The notes below the pieces were generated by a model that saw only the letters and a program-made list of their open reading frames with translations, had not been told where the DNA came from and made no database searches. A stretch of 64,000 bases of DNA from the human T2T-CHM13v2.0 reference genome, Homo sapiens: NCBI RefSeq assembly GCF_009914755.1, contig NC_060928.1; one strand, written 5' to 3'. Positions 42,567 through 55,849 of the stretch are shown here, piece by piece; position 1 is the stretch's first letter, and every line of letters begins with the position of its first letter. Position numbers and translations under genes: made by a program.

Positions 42567-43500
42567 TTCAAATCACCTATATGGTTTATAAAGAAAAAAA
42601 CAGATGGATCATAGCATATGTGGGTAAACTACTGTAATGTTAACCAAATTGTGTTAGCAATTGCTGCTGCTATACCAGATGTGGTATTTTTATTGAATCA
42701 ATAAATACAGCTTCTGGTACTTGATATGTGATTATTGACCTGGTAAGTGTGTTCCTTTCCATCTGTATTGGTGAACAAGATCAAAAACAGTTGTTTTTAC
42801 AGGAAAGAAAACAGTCCACTTTCACTTTCTTTCCTCAAAGATCTATTATATCTATGGCATCTGCCACAATATAGTCTTCAGGGTCTTTGATAATTTTGAC
42901 ATTCTACAAAATTATCATGGCCACTATATTTTTATATCATCCTAATTGGACCTGATGGAAAGAAATTTGTCAATACCCTGGATGCTCTTCTAAAACACAT
43001 GTGTAAGAGACGATGGGCAATGAATCCTATAAAAAGTCAGAGACTTGCCAAATTGGTGAAACTTGGGGGAATAACTTGGGGTCTTACTGGAACATCCTCT
43101 CAAGGTAAAGAACAAATCGTTGCACCTTGCAGCCATCAATTCTTAGAAAAATGCACAGTGTTTGGCTTAGTGCACTTGAATTGTTTGGATTTTAGAGGCA
43201 GTGCATACCATACTTCCAGCTAATGGCTATTTAAGTATTTGAAAGATTGCTAATTTTGAGTGAGGTCCAATGACAAGAGGATTCTTATCAGATCTAAGCT
43301 ATTGTATAAACTATCCTGCCACTCAAGGGCCCAGCAGATCCAATGGTGCTACATGTAGAAAGCCCCAGTAGGAGAGTTGTTGCATATTTGCCTGGGCACC
43401 TAGAAGAAGTGGATACCTTTGGCAGCAGAAAACTACTTACCATTTGAAAAGCAGCTCCTGGGAGGCTATTAGCCCTTTTGGTGACTGAGTGCCTTACCAT
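42567..43500 (+). pseudogene. ERVL pol reverse-transcriptase remnant (stops, frameshifts)
   Basis: Translates piecewise as FKSPIW..KTDGS*..VNY..NQIVLAIAAAIPDVVFLL / INTASGT*YVIIDL / TFTFFPQ / CHNIV / NTLDALLKHM..W.MNP.K, matching recalled HERV-L RT ([49 protein letters not shown]). The YIDD motif is destroyed. Confidence 0.9.
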
Positions 43501-43963
43501 GATACATCAAGCAGCCATGAGGTCAGAGCTGCCCACTAGGAGAAAGGTTTGTCACCTTATCTACCAAGTCATTATGCCTTTCAGATATATCAGTGACTCA
43601 CTGCAAGATGGAAATCGTATATTAGGGATTGGGCCCAAACAGTTTCAAAGAACAGGTATATCACTGTTTTACTGATGCCTCTTCAATCCTTATGGAGCAT
43701 TCCCTTCAAGAAGCTGATGGAGTAGGGGATAAATTGGGCCTAGTTCATATGTACACTGGCTCAATATGTTAGTGTGAGCCAGATATGGAATATTGATGTT
43801 ACTGACCCTCTAAAATATACTGATGAGAGGAGATCACTTCATCAGGCAAGACTATGAACAGTATATCTAATTTTCCCTTTCATATGGATGGAAAAATGAC
43901 CTGAAGCAAGACTATATATGATTTCCTGTGCAACTGTGCATGGCTTGGCTTCTTTGTCAAGAA

Positions 43964-44296
43964 CAGGGGTTGTCAAGCTATTTCCTGCAAGCCGTATGTG
44001 GACTATTACTTACTTTTATATGGCCTGTGAGTTTAAAATGATTTTTACATTTTAAAATATGGGAACATTATTTCAACAGAATAATATTTCAAATTATGTA
44101 TAAATCATATGAACTTCAAATTTCAGTCTTCATAAATACAGATTTGCTAAAATGCAGCCATGCTTATTTACATAATCTTTATGGATGTTTTGTGCTACAA
44201 AAACAGAGTCGAATCATTACAAAAGAGACTGCAAGGAACAGAAAACCTAAAATATTTACTACAGGTATTTTTATAAAACAAGTTTATGGATTTTAG
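43964..44296 (+). mobile_element. MER58B nested in ERV pol
   Basis: caggggttgtcaagcta...tttttacattttaaa...tcaaatttcagt...aaacctaaaatatttact. Confidence 0.85.
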
Positions 44297-44363
44297 GACA
44301 AGGGCTTGGGAGGAGAAAGACTGGAATATTATAGGTAAGAAGGTCTTTAAAAGAACCATATGG

Positions 44364-44672
44364 GGCCAGGCGCAGTGGCTCACACCTGTAATCCCAGCAC
44401 TTTGGGAGGCCGAGGCGGGTGGATCACAAGGTCAGGAGATCGAGACGATCCTGGCTAACGTGGTGAAACCCTGTCTCTACTAAAAGTACAAAAAATTAGC
44501 TGGGCGTGGTGGCAGGCGCCTATAGTCCCAGCTACACAGGAGACTGAGGCAGGAGAATGGTGTGAAGTGAAACCGGGAGGCGGAGCTTGCAGTGAGCCGA
44601 GATCGCGCCAGTGCACTCTAGCCTGGGCAACAGAGCAAGACTCCATCTCAAAAAAAAAAAAAAAAAAAAAAA
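44364..44672 (+). mobile_element. AluY nested in ERV pol
   Basis: ggagatcgagacgatcctggctaac, ggcggagcttgcagtgagccgagatcgcgcc; 5-bp gtgaa duplication; long A tail; TSD core ccatatgg on both sides. Confidence 0.96.
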
Positions 44673-46311
44673 GCCATATGGATGGACATTTGGGAATAAT
44701 TGCAGACATTCATGTCTCATGTCACTGCCCAATAAAAAGCATCACTGCAGAGGAGGCACTGACCACCAGTAGACAGGATGAATCATCTGACAGGTCATTC
44801 AGCCTCTGTCCTCAAACTATTGCTAGCGCTAAAGGCCCATGAATTGAATAGTCATGTATCATAGATGAAGATTCTTCATGGGTCCAGTAGCATGGGCCTT
44901 CTTTTTCCAAGGATGATACAGCTGTATGCCTGCCCTATCAGCAGCAGAGTCCAACTCTGGGTTCTTGATACAGTACATTGTTGAGCAAATCAACTGTCTA
45001 CTTAGTGTCAGATGATTATAGAGAACCTTATTTAGCATGGTGGAGGGGAGGCAGTGATTCATTCTTACTAAAATGGACACCCACTCCAGATACGAATTTG
45101 CCTGTCCTACCTACAATAGAGCACTACTCTCAGGTAACATCATTACCTGAAAGTTTAGAGAATGTCAGATTTACTGATGTGGAATCCATCAAAACAGATC
45201 CTTAGACATGACAATAGGATTTACTCATCAAGCAGCCAATGTGATAGAACTTTGAAATAGCCTTATTTAAATCACATTATGGCTGCTTGGGGATACAAAG
45301 ATCTTACAAAGCCTTACTGCTGTTCTTCAGGAAGCATTATATAATTTGATCAAACTTCTACTGTATGAGGCTATATCTTTAATAGTCAGAGTACATAGAT
45401 TCAAGGAACAAGGGGAGGAAGTAAGATTAATCCTTCCCATTGTAACTTCAGTGGCGCACTCTAGGAATTGGTCCTCTTTGTTCACACAATTGTAGGCTCT
45501 GTGAATTAGAGCTTCAGCTTCCCAAGCTTGTATTAGGGATATGGTAAGGATTTGACATAATTCCCCTTGTCAGGGCCTGGAGGAACCCTAGGGTATAAGC
45601 CTAAGAATTATAGAATTCATGGTAAAGGAAGAGAAAATGATGACTTTGCACTCAGTGTAACTCTGGTTACTGTAGCTTATTCCACTAAACCGTCTGAATC
45701 AGCCTTTTTTTTTTAAAGACTGGCTGGTCATCAATTTGAAAATTCAGTGACAGGGTGGTTTTAATGTAGGACACTAGTGGAGAAGAGTTGTGCAAAAGGT
45801 GGACTGTAGTCAGTGCTTCATTGTGTGGAGTCACGTCCGTCCCATTGGCCCACATCCAATTTCAGCCACTGAGTGCCAAGAGCTCTGTGCAAGCTCAGAC
45901 ACACATTGACGTAATACTACCTTCAGTGTGAGCCGTGCTTTTCTCTGCCCTCTCTGAAGTCCTGAGAACTCACTCAGTCATTGTGTAAGTGAAGCCCAGA
46001 AATGTGGAGAACTTAGAACTCCAAGGGTGACCCTCAGAAAAGGTGTGGCAGGAAACAGGGTATGAATGCCCTGTTTCCTCTTCTCATGAGAAATTCAGGG
46101 AAGCATTTGAGATCCCATTGTCTACAATATCAGCCTCAAAAAATTCAATACCGTTATATTTATTTTCCTCATTTCCTTTCTCCCTCTTCCTCCTCATCCC
46201 TGTTCTCGGTGATCACTTCCAAAATAAATTACTTGTACGGAAATCCAGTGTAAGTTACATGTACATGAGACTTATCTCAGGCTTTCCTTCCAAGTGATTC
46301 AAACTGAGACA

Positions 46312-47600
46312 GTTTCATTTGAAATATTGAAGTTACAGAATTTTTGTGTGCTTAGAACAATTATTCTTTCCCTTCATGGTTTCTGTGTGTTATTTTTGCT
46401 TATAAAGGCCTAACTTACTTTATGAAAATACTTGCCTATATTTCCTTTTAATATTTTTATAGTTTATTGTCTGACCATTGCTCATTTACTTTTGTGGACT
46501 TTATGAGTTATGAATTTAGCTTTATTCTTTAATAAATGCAGAGCCAACTATCTTATCAACAAATTTTTTTACACAGTTCCTTCCTCTTACGAATTGAGTT
46601 TGAATGTCACTTGTATCACACAGACAGTTTCCACATAAAGTTTATTATGGCTTATTGGTCTATATTTATATTACTGTGTTTACATCACAGTATTTTAGTT
46701 ACTTATAGTAAATTTTGATATCTGAGAGGGCAAGTTCTGCCTTGAGTTTTTTATTTATCTATTTTTTCCCAATTGCTTTGACTATTTTTGTTCACATTTT
46801 GTTCAATACAAACTTGAAAATCAGCTTTTCAAATTTTATTCAAAAATCCCTTTGAGGTCTTTGATTGAGAGACTGTTGAATGTATAGATTGATTTGTGGA
46901 TACATAACATCTTTTTTAAACTTTCCCATTTGGGAATTAATCTATTGAGGGTTTCTTTTTGACCCCTGGTAAAGTTTACTCACTTATTTTCTCACTTTAC
47001 TTACTTATATTTCTTATAAAATTTTATATATATATTATGCAAATCCATATAAATCTTATATATCTTATAAGACTCTTACAAGAAATATAAGTAGGTAAAG
47101 TAAGAAAATAAGTGAGTAAAACAACTTATTTTATTAAACTCATTTTATTAAATCTTGTAAGTTATATAATATTTCTATAGATTTATGAAATAGATAAGTT
47201 TATATCTTTACAAGATATATAAGATTTATGTCTTACAAGAAATATAAGAAAGATATATAAGACAGATATATTATAAGATTTATATCTTACAAGGTATATT
47301 ATAAGATATATCTTCTAAAATATATATTCTTGTGTATTTTATGTTTTTGTTTTTATAGTTTATTATTTGTGAATGGGATCTTTTTTTTGTTACAGTCCCT
47401 ACTTGTTGGGAGTGTGTAGGAAGTGTGTTGTATTAAAGAGCTATTGGTTTCATAAGTTAATATTGCATTCAGGCCAACTTAGGAAACTCTCTTTGTTTTA
47501 TTGCATTTTTTGTTCGTAGAGTTAGATTTTCTAGGAATATAGTTATGTCATCTGTAAACAATGAAAATTACTTTTTATTTTTCCTTATTTTTTACACATG
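46312..47600 (-). mobile_element. Old L1ME-type ORF2 fragment, continued after the provirus
   Basis: tttgattgagagactgttgaatgtatagattgatttg, tgtgaatgggatc, tatgtcatctgtaaacaatga. Confidence 0.7.
46975..47120. repeat. Inverted repeat, 41-bp arms (46975-47015 / 47080-47120), 64-bp spacer
   Basis: The reverse complement of the left arm matches the right arm with 2 mismatches. Confidence 0.93.
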
Positions 47601-48086
47601 GAGGAGTGTAGACAATGTACTTAACTGGTCATCTTTCTCAATAAGTTTTTAAAAAATTTTCATATATGGACAAAGCAAATTTTCAGTCCAGATGGAGATA
47701 AATCTTGTGTTCAGGAAGACTGAAAACCATGGCTAATATATAGGCATAAAAATCCCAAACCAGAAAAATCAAATCGAGGAAGAGCCAGGAGTCAGAGAGT
47801 CAGAATCGGGTCCCAAGATACTTAGCAAGAACCAGCAAAGGTCAACATCAAGGAATAGAAAATTTAAGCCAAGATTCAGGAATGCTGAAGATACTCTTTT
47901 TCTATGAAAAGAGTGTTCAGTTTGAAAGGTGGATGTGAGATGGTCAGAGATTGAATGTGTCAGTTGGAAACTGAGGTATGCGAGAATCATGACAATGGAA
48001 CCTTACAAGGGAAAGAAGGGCAAAAGTCCAGCTGTAGATTCCAGACTGCTCCCTACTTTTATGGGATTTTTTTTGCTAATTCAATT

Positions 48087-48420
48087 CAATTTTTATTTTA
48101 TGTTCCGGGATACATGTGCAGGACGTACAGGTTTGTTGCATAGGTAAACATGTGCCATGGTGGTTTGCTGCACCTATCAACCCATCACCTAGGTATTAAG
48201 CCCTGCATGCATTAGCTGTTTATCCTGATGCTCTCAGTCCCCTCACCACACCCTCCCCGCACTTCGACAGGCCCCAGCGTGTGTTGTTTCCCTCCCTGTG
48301 TCCATGTGTTCTCATTGTTCAGCTCCCACTTATAAGTGAGGACATGCGGTGTTTGGTTTTCTGTTCCTGCATTAGTTTGCTGAAGATAATGGCTTCCAGC
48401 TCCATCTATGTCTTTGCAAG
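48087..48420 (-). mobile_element. L1PA (PA8-PA11-like) 3' end
   Basis: atacatgtgcaggacgt.caggtttgtt, caacccatcacctaggtattaagcc, tgtgtccatgtgttctcattgttcagctcccacttataagtgag. Confidence 0.93.
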
Positions 48421-50889
48421 TCGTTCTATGAGCTATAAGATAACTGTGTATGAAAGTTTTTGTTTTCACCTTTCCACAGCTGCAAAGAGTTTGCACAGAA
48501 AGTCTACCTAGCATTGCTGTTGAATGGCTAAGACTTGAATATATAACTGGCTATTGATAATAAGCAAAGTAGAAACTCTGTAAATTAACTTCTTATCACT
48601 GCAAATTATCATTTTGAGTAAAAAGATTAAATAATTCTTAATTGCACTCATACAAAGATATGGATTCTTTTTGAGAAGTGGAGTAATATAACTATTAATT
48701 GACTTCCCTATTTCTCTAATGTCGGGTGATGTCTAGCAGCTCTCAGATCTAAATATAACTTAAGAGCCTGTGACTATATATACTAGCTTAATAAAATATT
48801 TAGAATAGTCCTCTTACTATATATTAAGAATACAATTAAGAAGATACTATTTTATATCAACAATCCTCATATTTTATGTATATTTATTGCCGGCATAGAG
48901 ATAGGCAGAGATAGGCTATATTAATTGGTAAAAAGAAGAAAAAAATCCCTACACATGAATAAAATAAAATAAATAAAGTATTGTCAATCATCGCAACATA
49001 AATTAGTACAAATAAATGTGTGAAATAATGAGTATATTTTCTGATATGGCAGTGTAGTTAGAGATTCTGGAAAAAAAGTGTTATCAGCTCCCTTAAATTT
49101 GAAACTAGAGAATAGCTTCAGTTACCCTTGACAGAAAAATAAACGTATTGGATAAAGTCAGCTGCGGAATCAAAGAATAAAGAGAATAATAAATGAAAAA
49201 CTATTGTATTGAGCAGGTAGTTCACTAGTCTATAATAATTGGAGTGAGAGTAATAAAGATGTTTGTATCAGTATTAAAAAGAATACAGTCATAATGGAAA
49301 TAGAGAATAATGAGAAGCATACAAAGATAAAGCCTTATGTTTTATTTTATTAGAAAAATGAGTTGTAAATGAAATATTAATAAAAAATCAAAGGAATATG
49401 AATGAAAAATATTGATACTGTAGAATGGTAAAATTACAAGTTTAACTTAATGAGAATTAAATTCTAGAGAAAAGTTTATGACATTCACACACTAAACACA
49501 GATTCATCATCATTCACTCTAGTATGATAATCACCACCATGAACACTTACGATTTATCTATTACTTTAAATTTTGAGGAACATGGTCTTATTGATATATC
49601 AAGTATGTTTTGCAGATCCATATGTGATCGTTACCAGTAAAAAATAAATAAATAAATTAGGGTCAATTGTAACAGATTAGTGAAATTCTAACACTGACCA
49701 TTAATACATTTGTTTTCTTTGCCTATTCAAGACAATCTGTAGGCCCCATACTTGTGAGTAGAGAAGAATTCATTCTTTTATGAAGAACCATTAAAATATT
49801 TAGCTTTAACATTAGATCCAGGGCTAAAATTAATGAATGATTTGCAAGGTTAGCAATAGTAACAAAGATTCAAATTTCTTTTCAAAAGATAGAATTGAAA
49901 TGATCAACACTTACAGATAATTAACTTTTATACAACCCGGTAACTGCCAGAATTCTCATGTATGGGAAATAACTGTTTCCAATTCTGACAAAGTGACATA
50001 CACGTAATTGTTCATGCATTGCAACTCACTTCAAGAATTTGCCTACAGAGAAGATGGTAAAGAGTTCTTTCTTCTCTGTCAAATGTATTACATAGTTAGG
50101 ATCATAGGTCATAATCAGTGCAAAAATAATGTCTTTTTTCTGTTTTGTTTTTAGTTTTACTTTTATCAAAGTTCCATTAGTACTGGAAAGGATGTTTTGC
50201 ACAGAACTTTTCATAGATTGAGGTTAAAACCGTGGGATTAAGCTGCCAGGACTTTTCTAAACAGAAGGATTTCAAGTTTTCTCTGGGCCACTTGGCTACT
50301 ACCAGTGAAAACATGAAAGGGTACTCTGTCCAGAACTGGGCAGTATGGAATTTCAGGAAGTAAACTACATTCTTCTCTCAGCTAATATCTCCACAGTTAC
50401 TATTTGTTTTGTCAGACAAATTGTTAACTGTCACTAACAGGTACCCAGTACTCAGAAATATGTAAGGAATCTCATGTCAACACAAAAGTGGTGGGAAAAT
50501 GACAAGCACATAATTAAAGATGGCAAATCATCACAATGATGTTACCAAGCTCTTCTGAATATTTTAGCAACATTTTACAGAAACTATCCATGATAGTGAA
50601 AATGCAATGCTTTCCTCTTTGGTTATATGAAAATAGCTATTAAATAAAGGCATTACAAGTTAATGGCAGAAATAAAATGAGAAATAAGCCATTCATTCAT
50701 ATACTCTAAATATAAGCGGAAAAAGATAATGAAAAATAGTCTATTCATCCATAACTCTAGAGTTATATTCCTAAGAAACTACATGTTATCAAAAGTTGTG
50801 ATATATAATTTTTAATGAGAAAAAGGATTAGTAGCTAAAGACTTTCAGATTTGAAAGACAACTGTATTGCTTTCAATAATTAAGTAAGT

Positions 50890-51251
50890 CAGGGGTCTCC
50901 AATCCCGAGGCCGCGGACCGGTACCAGTCCATCGCCTGTTAGGAACCAGGCTACACAGCAGGAGGTGAGCGGCTGGCAAGCGAGCATTATCAGCTGAGCC
51001 TGGCCTCCTTTCAGATCAGCAGTGGCATTAGATTTTCACAAGAGTTGGAACCCTCTTGTGAACTGCACATACGAGGAGTCTAGGTTGTGGACTCCTTAGG
51101 AGAATCGAACTAATGTCTGATAATCTGAAGGGGAATAATTTCCTCCCCAAACCAACCCCAGTACTCACAGCCCCTCACCCCCAGGTCCATCCGCGGAAAA
51201 ATTGTCTTTCAGGAAACCAGTCTCTGGTGCCAAAAATGTTGGGGACCTCTG
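50890..51251 (+). mobile_element. MER1B hAT-Charlie element, full length
   Basis: TIRs caggggtctccaa / ttggggacctctg; cctgttaggaacc...gcaggaggtgagc; 8-bp TSD aagtaagt/aagtaagg. Confidence 0.93.
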
Positions 51252-51410
51252 AAGTAAGGTATATTTTGTGGCGTTAGGTATATTCTGTTATCACAAGTTA
51301 CAAATAACATACTAGTTGATCAATACTGATCAAAAAAGTAACTTAAACTATGCTAAGAAAATCCTGTTAAGAACTTTAATGGGGTCTTTGCTCAAAAGTA
51401 ATAGGCTTTT

Positions 51411-52146
51411 CATCTCACACCATTTAAGATGGTTTTCATCAGAAAACAAAAAGGTAAGTATTAGTGAGTGCATGGAGAAGCAGGGAGCCCTCGTACACTG
51501 CTGGTGAGAACATAAAATGGTGGAACCACTTGTGAAATATAGTAAGGTTGTTCCTCAAAAAATTGAAAATAGAATTACCATATGATGTGGCAATTCCATT
51601 TCTGTGTATATATCAAAAAAATTCAAAGCAGGGACTCAAAGAGATATTGTATACCCACATTCATAGCAGCATCACTTACAGTAGACAAAAGTTGGAAATA
51701 ACCCAAATGTTCATCAATGGATAAGGATAAGCATAATGAAGTATATATATAAAATGGCATATTATTCAACCTTAAAAGGAAGAAATTCTTACACATAGTA
51801 CATCATATAGAAGTCTTGAACACATTATCCTATATCCTAAGTAAAAGAAGCCAATTTTAAAAGGACAAATACTGTATGATTCCACTTATATGAGACACCT
51901 ACAGCAGTCAATTTAATAGCGACAGTAGGTACAATGGTAATTTCCAGGGGCTGAGGGAGGGGTGAGTGGGGCGCTGTCGTTTAATGAGTAAGGGTTTCAG
52001 TTTTGCAAGGTGATAAGGGTTTGTAAGATGGATTGTAATGATGGTAGCATAACAATGCAAATGTACTTAATGTCACTGAACTGTATGCCTAAAAATGATT
52101 AGGATGGTAAATTTTATGGTAAGTATGTTTTTATCACAATTAAAAT
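51411..52146 (+). mobile_element. L1MB 3' end
   Basis: atagaattaccatatgat, aaagcagggactcaaagagata, aaggacaaatactgtatgattccacttatatgag, aatgtacttaatgtcactgaactgta. Confidence 0.92.
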
Positions 52147-55100
52147 TATTTTTAATGTAATGGGCTTTTACAGTTACCCTATCACAAGCATAAACACACC
52201 ATTACATACATACATTTTTATTACCATTAAAGCACAAAGATATGATAATATCTTTTAATACAACAAAAAGTCAAAGTACAGCAGAATTCACACTCACAAA
52301 GGCAGACAAAAACCATGAATATACAGTTTGATTACTCAGACTTTGAAAGTGGTTGTGTGTGACTAAGCTGGACTTTTCTCCTTTTGTTTCATGGATGTTC
52401 TCAATTATCAGGTAATGACTAATATTGGTCTCTGTAAAGTAAATTCTATTTCAGAATTAATCTATTTTGTTAAGGTCAATTTGTATTAAAAAGACACTAT
52501 TGGAGAAATATTTGGGTATGGTAAGTTTTGTATTTGGGTTTATGTTTCAGTGATAATTAAAATGTTCATATAAAAATATTTTAGTTTGTGGAGGGTCAGT
52601 CTGTAACCAAACATTCCGCTCTAATTAGTCCCAACATTTGCTTTCATGCGTATGATCACATTGGGGCCCAGCGGTTACCTGAAGTGACAGTATTTTTCTT
52701 TCATATATGAGAGGGCATGTTGGCTGTTGCTAAGTTGACATACTCTAAAAATTAAAACGCTAACATTCTGCATCTACTTTTGTATTCGTACAGAATTATT
52801 TCTACCAGTTATTTAAAATCCTTATTTTTTAAACTAATTTACAATTGGCAGCAATTTTTGTAGACTATGGCTTGATTTTTAAGTTATTCAGTCAATTCAG
52901 ATTTTGATTTGATACCATAAAAATAGTGTGGTATAACAGAGTAATTGTAATGGACTAAGAAAAAAAGAAGAGAAGCAAATTTGATCTAAGACTAAGGCAT
53001 TTGAGCCAGAGGAAGTCCAAGGAGCTCTACAAAGTTTTTATGTTAGTTTGAATAATGAAGAGCCATGAAAGAATAACTAGAGAAATATTAGTTATGCTGA
53101 ACTCAAAAGACCAAACTCAAAAGCATTTAGTTGTATGTTTGCATTTTAAATTCTGTCTTTTTTGGGTACCAACTTGTATAATGATTGATTATTGGTAAAT
53201 GTACCATTAGTTACATTCTCAATGAAAAATTTTTGAAAATATCATTTAATTTGTTTTGAAATGTGTTTTTGTGCATATTCTCATCTTGGTCTATCATGAT
53301 ATTGGGTTAACATATAAAAGCTCATTATTTAGTTTCAGCAAAACAATCTTATCCAAAATGTTAAACTGGTACTATTAATTTGAATTGTGTTAGATAAATA
53401 ATTTTGTGTTTGACTTTTGCATTTTTCTATGGGCCATGAACACCAAAAATTTATTTCTGATTTTGTGTTTATACTTATTCAGGAAATACTGTATATATGA
53501 TAAAAATGAATACTGGCAACCTGCTAGAATTGTTACTTTTAAAGTGTGCATGCGTTTGTACATGAACTAGCAAACAATGGTATAATCTAAAGCTTAATGT
53601 TAAGAAATTCTATTCTCGTGTCTTTTATAATTCTGTAATTAAAGTTATTTTGTTGTGGGAACCACAGCGAACTGATTTATCTAGAATTACACTGTATGAT
53701 TTTTAGAAGAAAGACTGAGGAAGTGACAAAAATATAAAAATAAATATGCAATTGCCTACATGAAAAAGACCACTAGGATTTCAGTCACTCACTATATGAT
53801 TAAAAGATTTACCTATGATAAAAGAAACAAGGTATTTGATAAAGTACTGATTTACATTAAGAAGTGATGTACTGCTAAGATAATCAATACTGCAGTCATT
53901 TTACTATTTTGCATTTAAGTTGTTTGGAAAAAGGTTTCTCACAATCTATTAGCCATTTAAAAAGCCTTGGAATGGGCTTAAATATTTTGAACAGATCTAG
54001 ACTGTGAAATAAGTCTTCAGTTTTTAGAGCCAAAAATAAAAGATTGAGGGTAAAGGGTAAAGGACAATATGGTTTAGACTTTAAATGGAGAGAGAACAGA
54101 GACAAAGAGAAAATGATCTGGCATTATACGCTCACATCAGTGGCAGTAATTAGGCTTTGCAGTATCATTAGATATGATAACAATCATTTGTAGCCTTTTA
54201 TAGTGTTTCACATGCTAAGCATACAGAACCACATGGTAGCAGGACCCTTAATATTTTTCATTGTTATTTTTTTCTAAGGGAATAATGGTATTCAATTGTC
54301 ATGAATTGGGGAGATACACAACACAAATTTGGATTCTTATCTCCCATGGAGAAAAGATGGAATGTTTTATGCCTTTTAACCATCTGCAAAATGTATAGCC
54401 GTAGTAAAATGCTAACAAGAACTTGAGGTGAATATTTTGAAGGGTATAGCATTTAAATTTATAAAAGTCAGTTTGGCATTATATTAAACATTGAGTTAAT
54501 GTTCCTACCACCTAACAACTGAACTATGACATATTATACCATATTGTTAAACTTAACCAACAATATTCCAGGTTTCAATTTTGAGAAATCAGTAATTAAT
54601 CAGTTCAAAATTTTGAATGGTGTGGTTTGTGTAGAGGAAATCTCCTAAATACTTTGAAAATTCTCTATAGTAGAAAATAAGAAATGTCTTAAATAGTTAA
54701 ACACTATATTTAAGTCAATATAATGGTCAGCCTTAACAGATAATCGTGGTTTTTTTTTCTCTTGAACATTCAAATTAAAGTGAAGATCTGATTTTTATTT
54801 AGTTTTCAGGTACTATTAGAAAGTATTATAAGAATTAAATTAGAATTATTGCTGGAGTTAGAGCTCTGAGTCTTTATATGTTCAAGCTAATCATAGTGAA
54901 TAAGTAATTCCTATTTCAAATTTGATTTCCAAATGTAAATATTCAATATAGTCATATTACTTAGCATAGCTCTATGAATTTTTGCAAACTTACCAGATAC
55001 CAGTTTTTGCACAATTACTGTAGTTGATTCAATAATTTCAAAGGATATGGAACAGAATGCAGAGTGTTGCACATTTCCTAGAATTTCAATAGATTGAAAA

Positions 55101-55849
55101 AACTATAAAAGGTGATGTAGCTAATTTTGTCATTCTTAATATAAAGCTATAGTGCAAACTGCCTTGGGTTATGCTTAGGTGAGATTTTTGTTCATCCCAT
55201 ACAACAGTTTTTGTTTTCTGGCTATACTTCTAATTCAGTTCATCTTTCTTTGATGTTTAAGCCAGAAAGCTAGTGTAAAGGTAGAAGATATGCTCTTCTA
55301 TTACCTGGTTCTTTTAATGATAATATAAATACTACTTTTAGCCACATTTCAAGGTTTTTCTCTACTGATACTGATAACATCTCTAAAAACTTGTAATTAA
55401 GTGCCACAAAAATTTCCTCTTCCCACTTGCTAACTGAGCTGACAATTAGTCTCCTCTTTCAAAATAAAGCTTTAACTTTACAGAAGTTAGTCAGAAATAG
55501 GTCTAGTACATCCGTTAGAGACTTCTAAATTCAAAATGTAATCTGAAGAGCAGCATGAGCACTTGCTAAAGAAAGAGATGAACTGAAAATGTAGAACACA
55601 AAACTAGAAATACGCTTGCTTATATCCATCTGATTGGGACTTCCAGAATTTGGAACATGAAATCTTTACTCCTCGAATGGCTTTCACTTTGCTTAACAGG
55701 CACATTACATTCCCACTTCTGATGCTTTGTGATCTGATGCGTTTTAGTTAATTCTTGATATCTCAGAGACTAAGCATATAAATTGAATATCCACATATTC
55801 TTTTGTCTTGTTCCCAGTTAAACTTTTTAATATATACTAATTAAACTAT

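Larger units (their letters stand above)
40062..46311 (+). mobile_element. Decayed ERVL-class provirus (LTR16 / HERV16-type): 5' LTR ~40062-40610, internal 40611-45804, 3' LTR 45805-46311
   Basis: Both LTRs end like aaactaagaca; the 5' LTR has ggcaaccctcaaccaatggg; leader gaagatgggataccggagtaggatca; ERVL pol remnants; PPT-like aaaaggtggac before the tgtagt of the 3' LTR. No env recognised. Confidence 0.85.

Noticed and set aside
42999-43675. ORFs of 65-74 aa in the ERV
   Set aside because: Fragments of decayed pol, partly out of frame or antisense; no intact RT, so not a domesticated gene.
50890-50990. Local CpG/GC-rich patch suggesting a promoter
   Set aside because: Explained by the MER1B 5' end.
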